The notes beneath the pieces are model-generated. The model was given only the letters and a program-made list of their open reading frames with translations, had not been told where the DNA came from and made no database searches. Positions 12,013-23,630 of a DNA stretch of 64,000 nucleotides are shown piece by piece. The stretch's first letter is position 1; every line of letters starts with the position of its first letter. This stretch comes from Macrostomum lignano. Lineage: Eukaryota. The DNA lies in the NCBI GenBank assembly GCA_002269645.1, contig NIVC01000070.1:1093494-1157493 (forward strand), read 5' to 3'. Both the position numbers and the translations under genes were made by a program.

Positions 12013-14273
12013 ATGCTAGGTATTAATGTCACCAACAAGACTTCCCTGATGGTAAGTTGCTACCCTCCACCTCATATCATATTCATTTCTAAGTTAGTTA
12101 ATAATTTTATGGTGCATCGTACTCTAAGCAAAGAGAATACGAGAAAGTTTTGCCATAGAAGCCCCTTTTGAAACTCTATAGTTAATCGTAGAAACTGAGT
12201 ATAAGTGCAGATAAAAGATCAACATATGCACATGGCATGCCTGGCCCGGTAGTTGATCAAAGCTTTAGTTAGACTTTGAAACGGCAAAGTCAGCACAATG
12301 GTGCTACAGCATCAACGCTGCATTAATGCCAAGCTAATCACGGAGGTAACCATTGCTGCATAAAATATTAGAAGCCTATATGAAATTCCGAGGTTGCATT
12401 TGACGTTCTTCCCACTTTTAGCGGTACCTGGCCCTACCGCAGCCGGAAGACAAGATCCAGTGTATGTACATCTGGATTGACGGAACTGGAGAAAACCTGC
12501 GGGCCAAGACCAGGACTGTTGATGCCCTGCCGAAGACTGCCAAGGGTGAGTTCAATCATAATTATTTATATAAATTCAACCCAACATCGGGGGAAAAGCT
12601 GCAAACTGTAAAAAGGTCAGTGAACTTCAAATGTCAGTGAAGTTGTGTGGTTAATTGACACGCGTTGAAAATTACAAAGTTCTGCTGACTTCATGAGGGG
12701 GGCTTTTAGCCTTGGCATGTGCATTACAAAATCACGTGCTCGCGTGCACTAACAGCTACCGGCAAACAAACAACCCTTTGGTGTTCTAATCAATGCTTAC
12801 ATTTGTTTTGCCTTCTTGTTCAATTTATTATTGCTAAAGCCTTTTTTGCATTAGCAAACCCTTGCGTGACTGCACCAACTTGCAATTGACATTTACACGT
12901 AGTTTGGCGTCACGTTCAAGTCGTTTCGGTTATGCGTTGAAGTGAACTTTATATGGTTAATGAACAATAAATAGTATTATTTATTACTCTTTCTGCAGAG
13001 CTGCCAATCTGGAACTTCGACGGCTCCAGCACCGGCCAGGCGGTCGGCGAGAACTCCGACGTCATGATCCACCCGGTGGCCATGTTCAAGGATCCTTTCC
13101 GTGGTGGAAAGAATCAGCTGGTGCTGTGCGAGACGTACGCCTACGACGGCAAAGTGCATCCGACTAATAAGCGGCACACCTGTGTGGAGGCGATGGAAAA
13201 AGCCAAGGACTTCAAACCGTGGTTCGGTATTGAGCAGGAGTACACCATGCTGGACACCGATACTCACCCGTTCGGCTGGCCTAAGAACGGCTTCCCCGGA
13301 CCGCAGGGTCCTTACTACACTGGTGTCGGCGCCAACAAGGTCTACGGGCGCGATGTGGTTGAGGCGCACTACCGCGCCTGCTTGTACTCTGGTGTGAAAA
13401 TTGCTGGCACCAACGCCGAGGTCATGCCAGCCCAGTGGGAATTCCAGGTGCGAATGCGAGGTTGCGGATGTGGTGTGGGACTGTGCGGAATAATTATTGG
13501 CTTGGCTAGGTCATTACCCACAGAAGCGGATGTTGATGTGGTTTCGATATTGGTATAACCCTTCATTCGTTTCAAAGAACAAGAAGTTAATGCGTTTACG
13601 CATGAAAATAACGTTACTTTTCCAGGTCGGGCCGTGCGAAGGTATCGAAATGGGCGACCACCTGTGGATTGGCCGTTTCCTTCTGCACCGCGTTGCCGAA
13701 GACTTTGGTATTGTGATCACCTACGACCCCAAGCCGATGCCAGGCGACTGGAACGGTGCCGGAGCGCACTGCAACTACAGCACGCTAGAGATGCGCCAGC
13801 CGGGTGGCATGAAAGCCATGGTGGCCGCCATTGAGAAGCTGGGCAAGCGCCACGCCACCCACATCCGGGCCTACGATCCCAAGGGCGGGGCGGATAACAA
13901 GCGTCGTTTGACTGGCCTGCACGAGACTTCCAGCATTGAAAATTTCAGTTATGGTGAGAAATTCGGTGGCGAGCTTGAAAAGTTTGCAACAGCAAGTCAG
14001 GTTTCAAAAGCAGTTAGCAAGTACTTTAACAAACTCTGATGCGAACTAATACTTTTAGTCATATTTATTATCAGTAGTTATACACGAGCTATGAAAACAA
14101 TTTCACACCGCACCGCAGGCGTGGCCCACCGCGGCTCCTCCATCCGGATCCCGCGCCAGTGCAGCGACGACGGCTGCGGCTACATCGAGGACCGGCGTCC
14201 GTCGTCCAACTGCGATCCGTACAGCGTCACCGAGATGCTGGTGCGCACCACCTGCCTGAACGAGACCGACTGA
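12013..14273 (+). CDS. GLUL: Glutamine synthetase type II, copy 1 (364 aa; exons 12013-12051, 12422-12545, 12999-13447, 13626-13953, 14119-14273)
   Basis: All introns GT-AG with compatible phases, 1095 nt total; motifs [58 protein letters not shown] and [12 protein letters not shown]. Confidence 0.96.
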
Positions 14274-16025
14274 GCAAGCAAGGCAGCAGCCGGACCCGGA
14301 TATTTGAAAAAATAACAATCAAACAAAAGAACTTACCTTTGAAAAACGAGTTTACTCAGTCTAATAATCAATTTTAGGCATAAAAACAATCTGCCCAATT
14401 TCAAGTTCTTTACTATCAGCTTCTCATATTTTCGTCTACTCTTGACAGATAGCCATCGCTATACTCAAAATCCGTTTCCATGAAGAGCCAACTGTTTTTA
14501 AATAACCCCTTCTCTTTTTAACCCAGCTTTTCTCGAATAGAAACAACATTGCTGCTTCTCTTGCACGAAATAAAACAAATAAATCGTGTTCCGTTTAGGT
14601 TTTAAATACCAAATAGCAATTTCTTTATCTAATTATTTGTGTTAATAAGTCATTTTCATAGCGATTCTGGAGAGTACATGAGCGCTAATTGTTAACTCCC
14701 GCAACCAAATACTCTTTTAAGCAAGCTATTATAGGTTATCGCCATGTATAAAGTACTCGTATGCAACAACAGCAGACAATTTTGAAGCGAAAATCAGGTT
14801 TAAACCTATATGATTGCACTAAATTTTCCTTTCCACGGCTATGATGTTCTCTATCCTTTTTAGCAAGAGCATGCTGCTTGAAATAAAGGCTTGTACTCAA
14901 AATCGTAAAATGTATTTGTTCCTGTATGTCGCCATTTTTTTCTCGAACGTTAACGGGTTAAACAAAAAAAGAGTTTGTTAACAGTTTCATTCTTGCGCAA
15001 AATTTTCTATCTGGTATAGGCTCTTAGATTCTCTTCACTTTTTGTTTAGAGACTTTTAATACCTGTATGAGTCGACTCTAATCTTGTATTGGTAACTTTG
15101 ACGTCCACAATAAATCAATTAAATGAATTTCCAAACCGCACCATTTCAATTATTAGTGTTTCTCCCATGGCACAATTCGCCATTAGCCATTAAACTGTGG
15201 ACTTTTGTTGTTTTTTATTTCAGAAATATCTTCGAAATTTGCATTTGAAAGTCTAAATAAGCAGGCTCGGTCTGGCGTGGAGCTGCAAGTCAGCTGACAA
15301 TGCACACGCCAGACCTGCCAGTGCAGGCTCGAAATAGAAAAAAACAAAAATAATTTAGAAGTGCAGTGCAAATCTAGTTTATACAGGCCAAGTAAATATG
15401 CCAGTGTAACATAGCAAATTGCAACATGTGTTTTATGCCAGATCTTTTCTTACAAGAAGAAGCAACGAACACCAGTGACATTTACGGTCTGGCACGAAAA
15501 CAAACAGCTGCATCATCGGTACGAAATCCTGGCTTTGACGTTCGTGCGTTCAAGAAAACTTTTTCGCTCTTGTAGGACTTCGTTCCTTTTACATTTATGC
15601 GGCTTTCCAATTTTTATGTATGCCAAAGAAAAATGGCCATAAAATCAGCCTTTAGCTAAATCTTCTTGATCAATCATTTATTACCGACTGAGTGCTTTAT
15701 CGAGTCACTTTGAAAGGGGATTTCTGTCGACAGAATTCAAACTTGAGCCTATAGGACTTACGAGTATCTGCATGCATGGCGTCTAACTTATTCAGGCAAA
15801 TGCAAAACACTGAATTGCATTGATAAGCTTCTGTCAACAGTAAATATTCGAAGCAGAAATGTACACTTGTTATCTGGTCTGACCGGCTCTAAAAATTTAG
15901 TTTACACGTAATTTCAGCCCAAAACAATTTGCTCATAGTGTTAGCGCTTGGGTCACGCTCTTAATGTTGTGGTTGTAATTGACCTGAAAAGTTCATTTCT
16001 TTGGAACTTTTTTGAGTTCAATTCC

Positions 16026-16928
16026 GAGATGCCATGGCTCAATGGATAATGCAGAGGATAATGCTGAGATGCCATAAGGCTCAGTGGATAATGCTGAGAT
16101 GCCATGGCTCAATGGATATTGCAGAGATGCCATGGCTCAGTAGATAATGCTGAGATGCCATAAGGCTCAGTGGATAATGCTGAGATGCCATGGCTCAATG
16201 GATATTGCAGAGATGTCATGGCTCAATGGATATTGCAGAGATGCCATGGCTCAGTGGATAATGCTGAGATGCCATGGCTCAATGGATATTGCAGAGATGC
16301 CATGGCTCAATGGATAATGCTGAGATGCCATAAGGCTCAGTGGATAATGCTGAGATGCCATGGCTCAATGGATATTGCAGAGATGTCATGGCTCAATGGA
16401 TATTGCAGAGATGCCATGGCTCAATGGATAATGCAGAGATGCCATGGCTCAATGGATAATGCAGAGATGCCATGGCTCAATGGATATTGCAGAGATGTCA
16501 TGGCTCAATGGATATTGCAGAAATGTCATGGCTCAATGAATAATGCTGAGATGTCATAGCTCAATGAATAATGCTGAGATGTCATGGCTCAATGGATAAT
16601 GCTGAGATGCCATGGCTAAATGGATAATGCTGAGATGTCATGGCTCAATGGATAATGCTGAGATGCCATGGCTCAATGGATATTGCAGGGATGCCATGGC
16701 TTAATGGAAAATGCAGAGATGCCATGGCTCAATGGATAATGCAGAGATGCCATGGCTCAATGGATAATGCAGAGATGCCATGGCTCAATGGATAATGCTG
16801 AGATGCCATGGCTCAATGGATAATGCAGAGATGCCATGGCTCAATGGATAATGCTGAGATGCCATGGCTCAATGGATAATGCAGAGATGCCATGGCTCAA
16901 TGGATAATGCTGAGATGCCATGGCTCAA
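16026..16928. repeat. 28-bp minisatellite (GAGATGCCATGGCTCAATGGATAATGCW) x ~32
   Basis: Visible tandem units with a palindromic GCCATGGC core. Confidence 0.96.
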
Positions 16929-17705
16929 TTCTTAGCGTGACTAAATATACAATTTGTGTGAGTGCCGGCGCACCCACCCAGCCACCAAGAAAGCAACTGG
17001 TGTGCACTGAGTTTTGCGAGCTGGGTTGAACGCTTCATGGCAGCAGGTGAGTCAGCCCTGTCTTTACTCCACACGCAACTCAGCTGAGTGCAGCGCTGCT
17101 GGAGAATAGAGTTGGAAAAAGCAGCAGCTCATATTGGATTTAGCAGTTTGGCAGCAGCTGCTGCAGCAGGCAAGCCCCTGTGGAGTAAAGAAATTTTTTC
17201 TTCCGTTTTTCTGTTTTGCTCTCAAGTCGCGCCAGGGAGAGCAGCGCTGGCAACGCATGAATGTAGAGGCAAACTTCTGAGAAGTTGAAAAGGGGGGGTG
17301 GGGCGCACAAGCAAATAACAAAGGCCCTGGAAATTAAGCCTATCGGTCTTGAGTGGCCCGTGACGCACTTCTATACATTTGCGCACGCAAGTATTTAATT
17401 ATTTTCAATTGCCCAGGGTTTGTAAACTGTAAATGGGACTTTGCTGAGCTGGCCTGACTGATAGGAAACTATGAGCAGTGAGCAGTTAGAATTCGTTTTA
17501 ATCAGCAATTCAGCGATTGTAATTCTGCGAGTTGCTCAAGCAACAGTCCAGCATGTTGCTGTTGCGTACGCAAGAGTGGGGCCACCGGCCCTACAAAGAT
17601 TGCACTCCCGCAAAAACTGAATGAAAGAGTTAACCCAGCTCGACAAATTAAATGAGCTTAACATACATTTACCAAACAAAGCTTTAGAGGCTTAAAGGTG
17701 CTGCT

Positions 17706-17846
17706 CAGATGCCATGGCTCAAGGGATAATTCTGAGATGCCATGGCTCAATGGATAATGCTGAGATGCCATGGCTCAAGGGATAATGCTGAGAAGCCATG
17801 GCTCAAGGGATAATGCTGAGATGCCATGGCTCAAGGGATAAATGCT
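17706..17846. repeat. Short array (~5 units) of the same 28-bp family as 16026..16928
   Basis: GAGATGCCATGGCTCAAGGGATAATGCT units. Confidence 0.9.
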
Positions 17847-18273
17847 AAGACACGGCAAGGTTAAAACAAGCTCTATATTGTACATTTAGTAGTGAAAAAA
17901 CGGCCCATTCACAGCTCAGTCCAGACCTCTAACTTAAGGCGTCCCTGGCGGCAACGCAAAGCCGGTGTTCCACTGGTGGGGGAGGGGTTGGAAAGAGAGA
18001 GAAAAAATCCGCTTCGCTCTGCCCGGCAGTCACATGACAAAACCGTACATTAGCCAAGAGCTCGCATAGTGCCTAGACAAGGGCAGAACTGTAGGTCCAA
18101 TACTTTGGGGGCTTGGCTTATATATCTGTACCAATGTGTGGCCCGGCAAGACGAATTTGGTATTTAGTGCGCTCCCACTACCAAAAGCTGGACAAAAAAG
18201 GCATTGCCAGATATTTTTTGTAAAGCAAAGTTTTGATTTGTTAAACTTTTCATTAACAAGAAAAAGAAGCGTC

Positions 18274-21200
18274 ATGGCCGGAGTAATGCTTGGAACAAAG
18301 CTTTGCACTAACAAAATCGTCCTGGAGGTAAAAAAGCTGCGCTCTTTTTCAAATTTGAATTCATGCAAAATTTCAACTACGTGTATAACAAATTATAATT
18401 TTGGAAAACAATAAATTTCAGCGCTACATGTCGCTGCCGCAGCCGAAGGACAAGGTGCAGTGCATGTACGTCTGGATAGACGGCACCGGGGAGAATCTCC
18501 GCGCCAAGACCCGAACTCTCGACTTTGTTCCCAAAGATCCTAAAGGTGATTGATGAGATTATTGTTAAAAGTGCTTTAACTGGAAACAAAAAGAGGCTTG
18601 GGGAAAACTTTAGGTCAACATTTTGCAGAAAACTCAGGGGGTCGAATCTCAGGATACAGGAAAGGCAACCCGCAAAATCTCAGGAGACAGAGGGGCAAAT
18701 CTCAGGAGACAGGGGGCAAATCTCAGGAGACAGGGAGCAAATCTCAGGAGACAGGGGGCAAATCTCAGGAGACAGAGGGGGGGAAATCTCAGGAGACAGG
18801 GGGGGGGGGCAAATCTCAGGAGACAGGGGGCAAATCTCAGGAGACAGGGGGGGGGCAAATCTCAGGAGACAGGGGGCAAATCTCTGGAGACAGGGGGGGG
18901 CAAATCTCAGGAGACAGGGGGCAAATCTCAGGAGACAGGGGGGGCAAATCTCAGGAGACAGGGGGGCAAATCTCAGGAGACAGGGGGGGGGGGGCAAATC
19001 TCAGGAGACAGGGGGGCAAATCTCAGGAGACAGGGGGCAAATCTCAGGAGACAGGGGGCAAATCTCAGGAGACAGGGGGCAAATCTCAGGAGACAGGGGG
19101 GGGGCAAATCTCAGGAGACAGGGGGGGGCAAATCTCAGGAGACAGGGGGGCAAATCTCAGGAGACAGGGGGGGCAAATCTCAGGAGACAGGGGGCAAATC
19201 TCAGGAGACAGGGGGGCAAATCTCAGGAGACAGGGGGGGGGGGCAAATCTCAGGAGACAGGGGGCAAATCTCAGGAGACAGGGGGGCAAATCTCAGGAGA
19301 CAGGGGGCAAATCTCAGGAGACAGGGGGCAAATCTCAGGAGACAGGGGGCAAATCTCAGGAGACAGGGGCAAATCTCAGGAGACAGGGGGGGGGCAAATC
19401 TCAGGAGACAGGGGGCAAATCTCAGGAGACAGGGGGGCAAATCTCAGGAGACAGGGGGCAAATCTCAGGAGACAGGGGGCAAATCTCAGGAGACAGGGGG
19501 GGGGGCAAATCTCAGGAGACAGGGGGCAAATCTCAGGAGACAGGGGGCAAATCTCAGGAGACAGGGGGCAAATCTCAGGAGACAGGGGGCAAATCTCAGG
19601 AGACAGGGGGCAAATCTCAGGAGACAGGGGGCAAATCTCAGGAGACAGGGGGGGGGGCAAATCTCAGGAGACAGGGGGCAAATCTCAGGAGACAGGGGGC
19701 AAATCTCAGGAGACAGGGGGCAAATCTCAGGAGACAGGGGGCAAATCTCAGGAGACAGGGGGCAAATCTCAGGAGACAGGGGGCAAATCTCAGGAGACAG
19801 GGGGCCAATAGTCAAAAAAGTGAAGCCATAGGAAAAGTGATTCAATAGCCATGGACCTGCCCCAACTGCAGAGCTGCCAATCTGGAACTTTGACGGCTCC
19901 AGCACCGGCCAGGCTGTCGGCGAGAACTCCGACGTGATGATCCACCCCGTGGCGCTCTACCAGGACCCGGTGCGCGGCAACAACAATCGCTTGGTGCTGT
20001 GCGAGACCTACGCCCACGACGGCAAGGTGCACCCGACTAACCTGCGGCACGGCTGCGTGCAGGTCATGGAGAAGGCCAAAAGTTTCAAGCCGTGGTTTGC
20101 GTTCGAGCAGGAGTACACCTTGATGGACATCGACGATCAGCCGTTCGGCTGGCCCAAGAACGGCTTCCCCGGACCGCAGGGTCCCTACTACACCAGCGTC
20201 GGCGCCAACAAGGCCTACGGCCGCGACGTGGTCGAGGCGCACTACAAGGCCTGTTTGAGGGCCGGAATCAACATCTTCGGCACCAATGCCGAGGGCATGC
20301 CATCTCAGTGGGAGTTCCAGGTGCGATGCGCTTGGGCATGGGACTGCTGGTGATCTCTGATCTGTGTGAATCGGGGATTTTCCGATGTGTGAATCGGGGG
20401 TTTCTATTCTGTGATCTTTGATGCGTGAACGAAAATTTTAGTATCTGCAACAAATGCAATGCAGATTGGTCCATCCGAGGGCATCACCGCGAGTGACGAC
20501 CTGTGGATGGCCCGCTTCCTCATTCATCGGATCGCCGAGGACTTCGGCATCGCCGTGACCCTCGAGCCGAAGCTGAAGAAGGACTGGAGCGGCGCCGGCG
20601 GCCATGTGAACTTCAGCACTGTGCAGATGCGACAGCCGGGCGGCCTGGCCGTCATCAAAGAGGCCGTCGAGAAGCTGAGCAAGCGGCACCAGACTCACCT
20701 GAAGTTCTACGACCCGAAGGGCGGCGCCGACAACCTGCGCCGGCTCACCTGCATGCACGAGACGTCCAGCTTTTACGAGTTCACGCACGGTAGGCTTCTG
20801 AACGAAAGATGAGCCACTTCTTAAAGTGCGGCTCAGCCCGAACTGGACAGAAATCAAATTGATTCCAGAGTGCGGCTAATTAAGTGACTACTCAGCCCGT
20901 CACAAGCTGGGTCTCGTGGGATATCTAGGCGCCTAAGGTGTCCAAGCGACAGTCTAGGTGTCCGGACGACAGACTAATTGTCCAGAGGATGAACTAGGTG
21001 TCCAGAGGATGAACTAGGTGTCCGGAGGATGAACTAGGTGTCCGGAGGATGAACTAGGTGTCCGGAGGATGAACTAGGTGTCCGGAGGATGAACTAGGTG
21101 TCCGGAGGATGAACTAGGTGTCCGGACGACACGTTAGGTGTCCGAGGGGTGAACTAGGTATCTGGGTGATGGAATAGTTGTCCGGGTGACATTAGCACTA

Positions 21201-21489
21201 GGCATAGGACTGCCTATGCAACCAAAGTCAGTATCTGAACACTAAGCACAAGTTTCAGAGCACTAATTAAGAGACATCAATGTTAAACTGTGAAAGGCCA
21301 AATTATACTTGTTCTTGTATACCAACCCCCGCAGGTGTGGCGCACCGCAACGCCTCGGTGCGAATTCCGCGCCAGGTGAACGAAGACGGCTGCGGTTACC
21401 TGGAGGATCGCCGGCCAACGGCCAACTGCGACCCCTACGCTGTTACGGAGATGCTGGTGCGCACCACCTGCCTGAATGAGACCGACTGA
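18274..21489 (+). CDS. GLUL: Glutamine synthetase type II, copy 2, divergent paralog (364-368 aa; exons 18274 or 18286-18327, 18422-18545, 19872-20320, 20465-20789, 21335-21489)
   Basis: Same intron positions and phases as copy 1 (124/449/155-nt exons identical in size; exon 4 one codon shorter); frame open throughout; motifs [32 protein letters not shown]. Confidence 0.94.
18673..19804. repeat. Intronic minisatellite CAAATCTCAGGAGACA plus variable G-run, x ~50
   Basis: Fills most of GS copy 2 intron 2; invariant 16-bp core separated by G-runs of about 4-12. Confidence 0.97.
20954..21160. repeat. Intronic 20-bp minisatellite (GGTGTCCGGAGGATGAACTA)
   Basis: About 7 clean units plus degenerate flanks in GS copy 2 intron 4. 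Confidence 0.93.
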
Positions 21490-21658
21490 GCAGCTGGGAG
21501 AGTCACTAATTCGATCACTCGAAAGTTGAGACTTGTTAAATCCTACCTTGGCTGGACTTTGTTGAAATTTTTGGCCTTCCATTTTGCCAAAACTTGATTT
21601 GAGTCATTAATAAGGAGCTTCTGACAGATTCTACTGACACATTTGTCTGATATGATCC

Positions 21659-22100
21659 ATCTGACAGACCCCTCTGACAGACCCCTCTGACAGACCCCTC
21701 TGACAGACCCTCTGACAGACCCCTCTGACAGACCCTTCTGACAGACCCCTCTGACAGACCCTCTGACAGACCCCTCTGACAGACCCCTCTGACAGACCCC
21801 TCTGACAGACCCCTCTGACAGACCCTCTGACAGACCCCTCTGACAGACCCTCTGACAGAACCCTCTGACAGACCCCTCTGACAGACCCTCTGACAAACCC
21901 TCTGACAGACCCTCTGACAGACCCCTCTGACAGACCCCTCTGACAGACCCCTCTGACAGACCCCTCTGACAGACCCCTCTGACAGACCCCTTTGACAGAC
22001 CCCTCTGACAGACCCCTCTGAGGCTCTGACAGACCCCTCTGACAGACCCCTGACAGACCCCTCTGGCAGATCCCTTTGAAAGGCCCTTCTGACAGACCTT
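21659..22100. repeat. 13-14-bp minisatellite (CTCTGACAGACCC)
   Basis: Visible tandem units downstream of the GS copy 2 stop codon. Confidence 0.95.
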
Positions 22101-22643
22101 CGCAGATTTCCTCCGAAAAATCCATCGTTAATTAACAGTGGTAAAAACTGAATGACAAAACGGGGGAAGAAATCGGTGTTCCCAAGGTGGAGTTCGCAAC
22201 AGCAAAGATTAAGTCAACTTTTTCAATCCAATTTTTGCTCGCCCCCCCCCCCTCACTTGTCATGCTATGCTAATTATCCCAATGTATTCCGCCGCATAAA
22301 TTAATAACTAATAATAACGCATCAGTTATGCATGGCCAAGTGGTTTCATTTTTTCTGCAAAATCGCTTTTTAGATTATCTTTTTCGAATTTTCTTACAAT
22401 TTTATAGATCCGTTGCAGCCACTTTTCTATACTATTTATATTGTCGCGCTTTAAACCCTTAACTTACTTACCGCACACCTGTCAAAGCCTAACTGTAGTA
22501 GCTACTAACAGCAGTATTTTAATGAAATGTCCCTCTTACCATAGTGAAACATAGTAGCAATTAACATAATGAAATAAAATACAGATTATTGCATCGTAAT
22601 TTTTTTCCTTCACCTAGCTTTATCTCTCCCTTTGCCACAACAA

Positions 22644-22806
22644 TCAGGATTCTGGGATTGATGATGATGATGATGGGGATTCTGGGATTAATGATGATGA
22701 TGAAGATTCTGGGATTGATGATGATGATGATGGAGAATCTGGGATTGATGATGATGATGGGGATTCTGGGATTGATGATGATTATGGGGATGCTGGGATT
22801 GATGAT
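22644..22806. repeat. Compound repeat GGGATTCTGGGATT(GAT)n
   Basis: About 7 units; same family as 28218..28460. Confidence 0.9.
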
Positions 22807-23630
22807 GCTGCATCGTAAATTGATTTTTTCTCCTTTTATTTCTGCCTTCTTTTCTAATTTATTTCCCTCTTCTTCCAATCATTTCCCTTTCTCCCAATTA
22901 ATTCCCTCTCCGTTCCTCACTCTTTCCTAATTGTTAATGAACATGCGCAGCTGCACACGCGCCTGCCTGCCTGACAATTATGAGTGCGTGCCTGCTCGCA
23001 TACAGTACGAGTATATTGGCGCGCTTGTAATCGTATGTGCTCAAGCTGAGTCAGCGGAATGAGCAGAAATTGCCATCAGCGCTACTGGTGGCGAGTCCGA
23101 TGTCACCGAAGATTTTATTTTGCGCGACGCGCTTTGCGGAGGAGGCGCGACGTGACTGCAATGTACACTGAGTAGATAGTAAAGCATCTACATGTACATG
23201 TAGATGTAGCAGATTTCGAATAGAATCACTGATAAGACACATTGCGTGTGACTCGATGTAATATGCAACTATAAAAGTCAGTTTAATGTGCTGTAACTGC
23301 AACAGAAGGCACGATAGCTGCCCCACTTATGCAGAGCGGCCCAAATGCAGTCAGCCAAATGTGCAGTTGGATGCAGTCTCGATCGTTTAGGCAATGCTTG
23401 CATCAGAGGAGATCAGATAAGTCAGCAGGCAGCAGGTGACTTCCGGTCCTTCAGCGCCCTTGCCGCATCAGAACCCAAATAAAGTATATTTTATAGAATA
23501 CATGCAGAAATTTCTCGAGCAAAACATGCAGCTTCTCTGCAACCCTGCAACTTGTTGCATAAAACTTTTATAAAATTCCTCTAGCAATATTCTTAACACC
23601 TGTCTTCCTGATTGATTGACTTGCCAAGAC

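Noticed and set aside
18525-19848. Three overlapping 400+ aa ORFs (GQISGDR / KSQETGG / ANLRRQG)
   Set aside because: All three frames are open only because the monomer lacks stops; the region is intron 2 of GS copy 2.
12977-20857. Minus-strand ORFs opposite GS exons (12977..13369, 19790..20242, 20438..20857)
   Set aside because: Shadow ORFs of GC3-rich coding exons.
12013-21489. Possibility that the two GS genes are an assembly duplication (exon 2 copies are exactly 6000 bp apart)
   Set aside because: The proteins and introns differ extensively; the round offset is coincidental.
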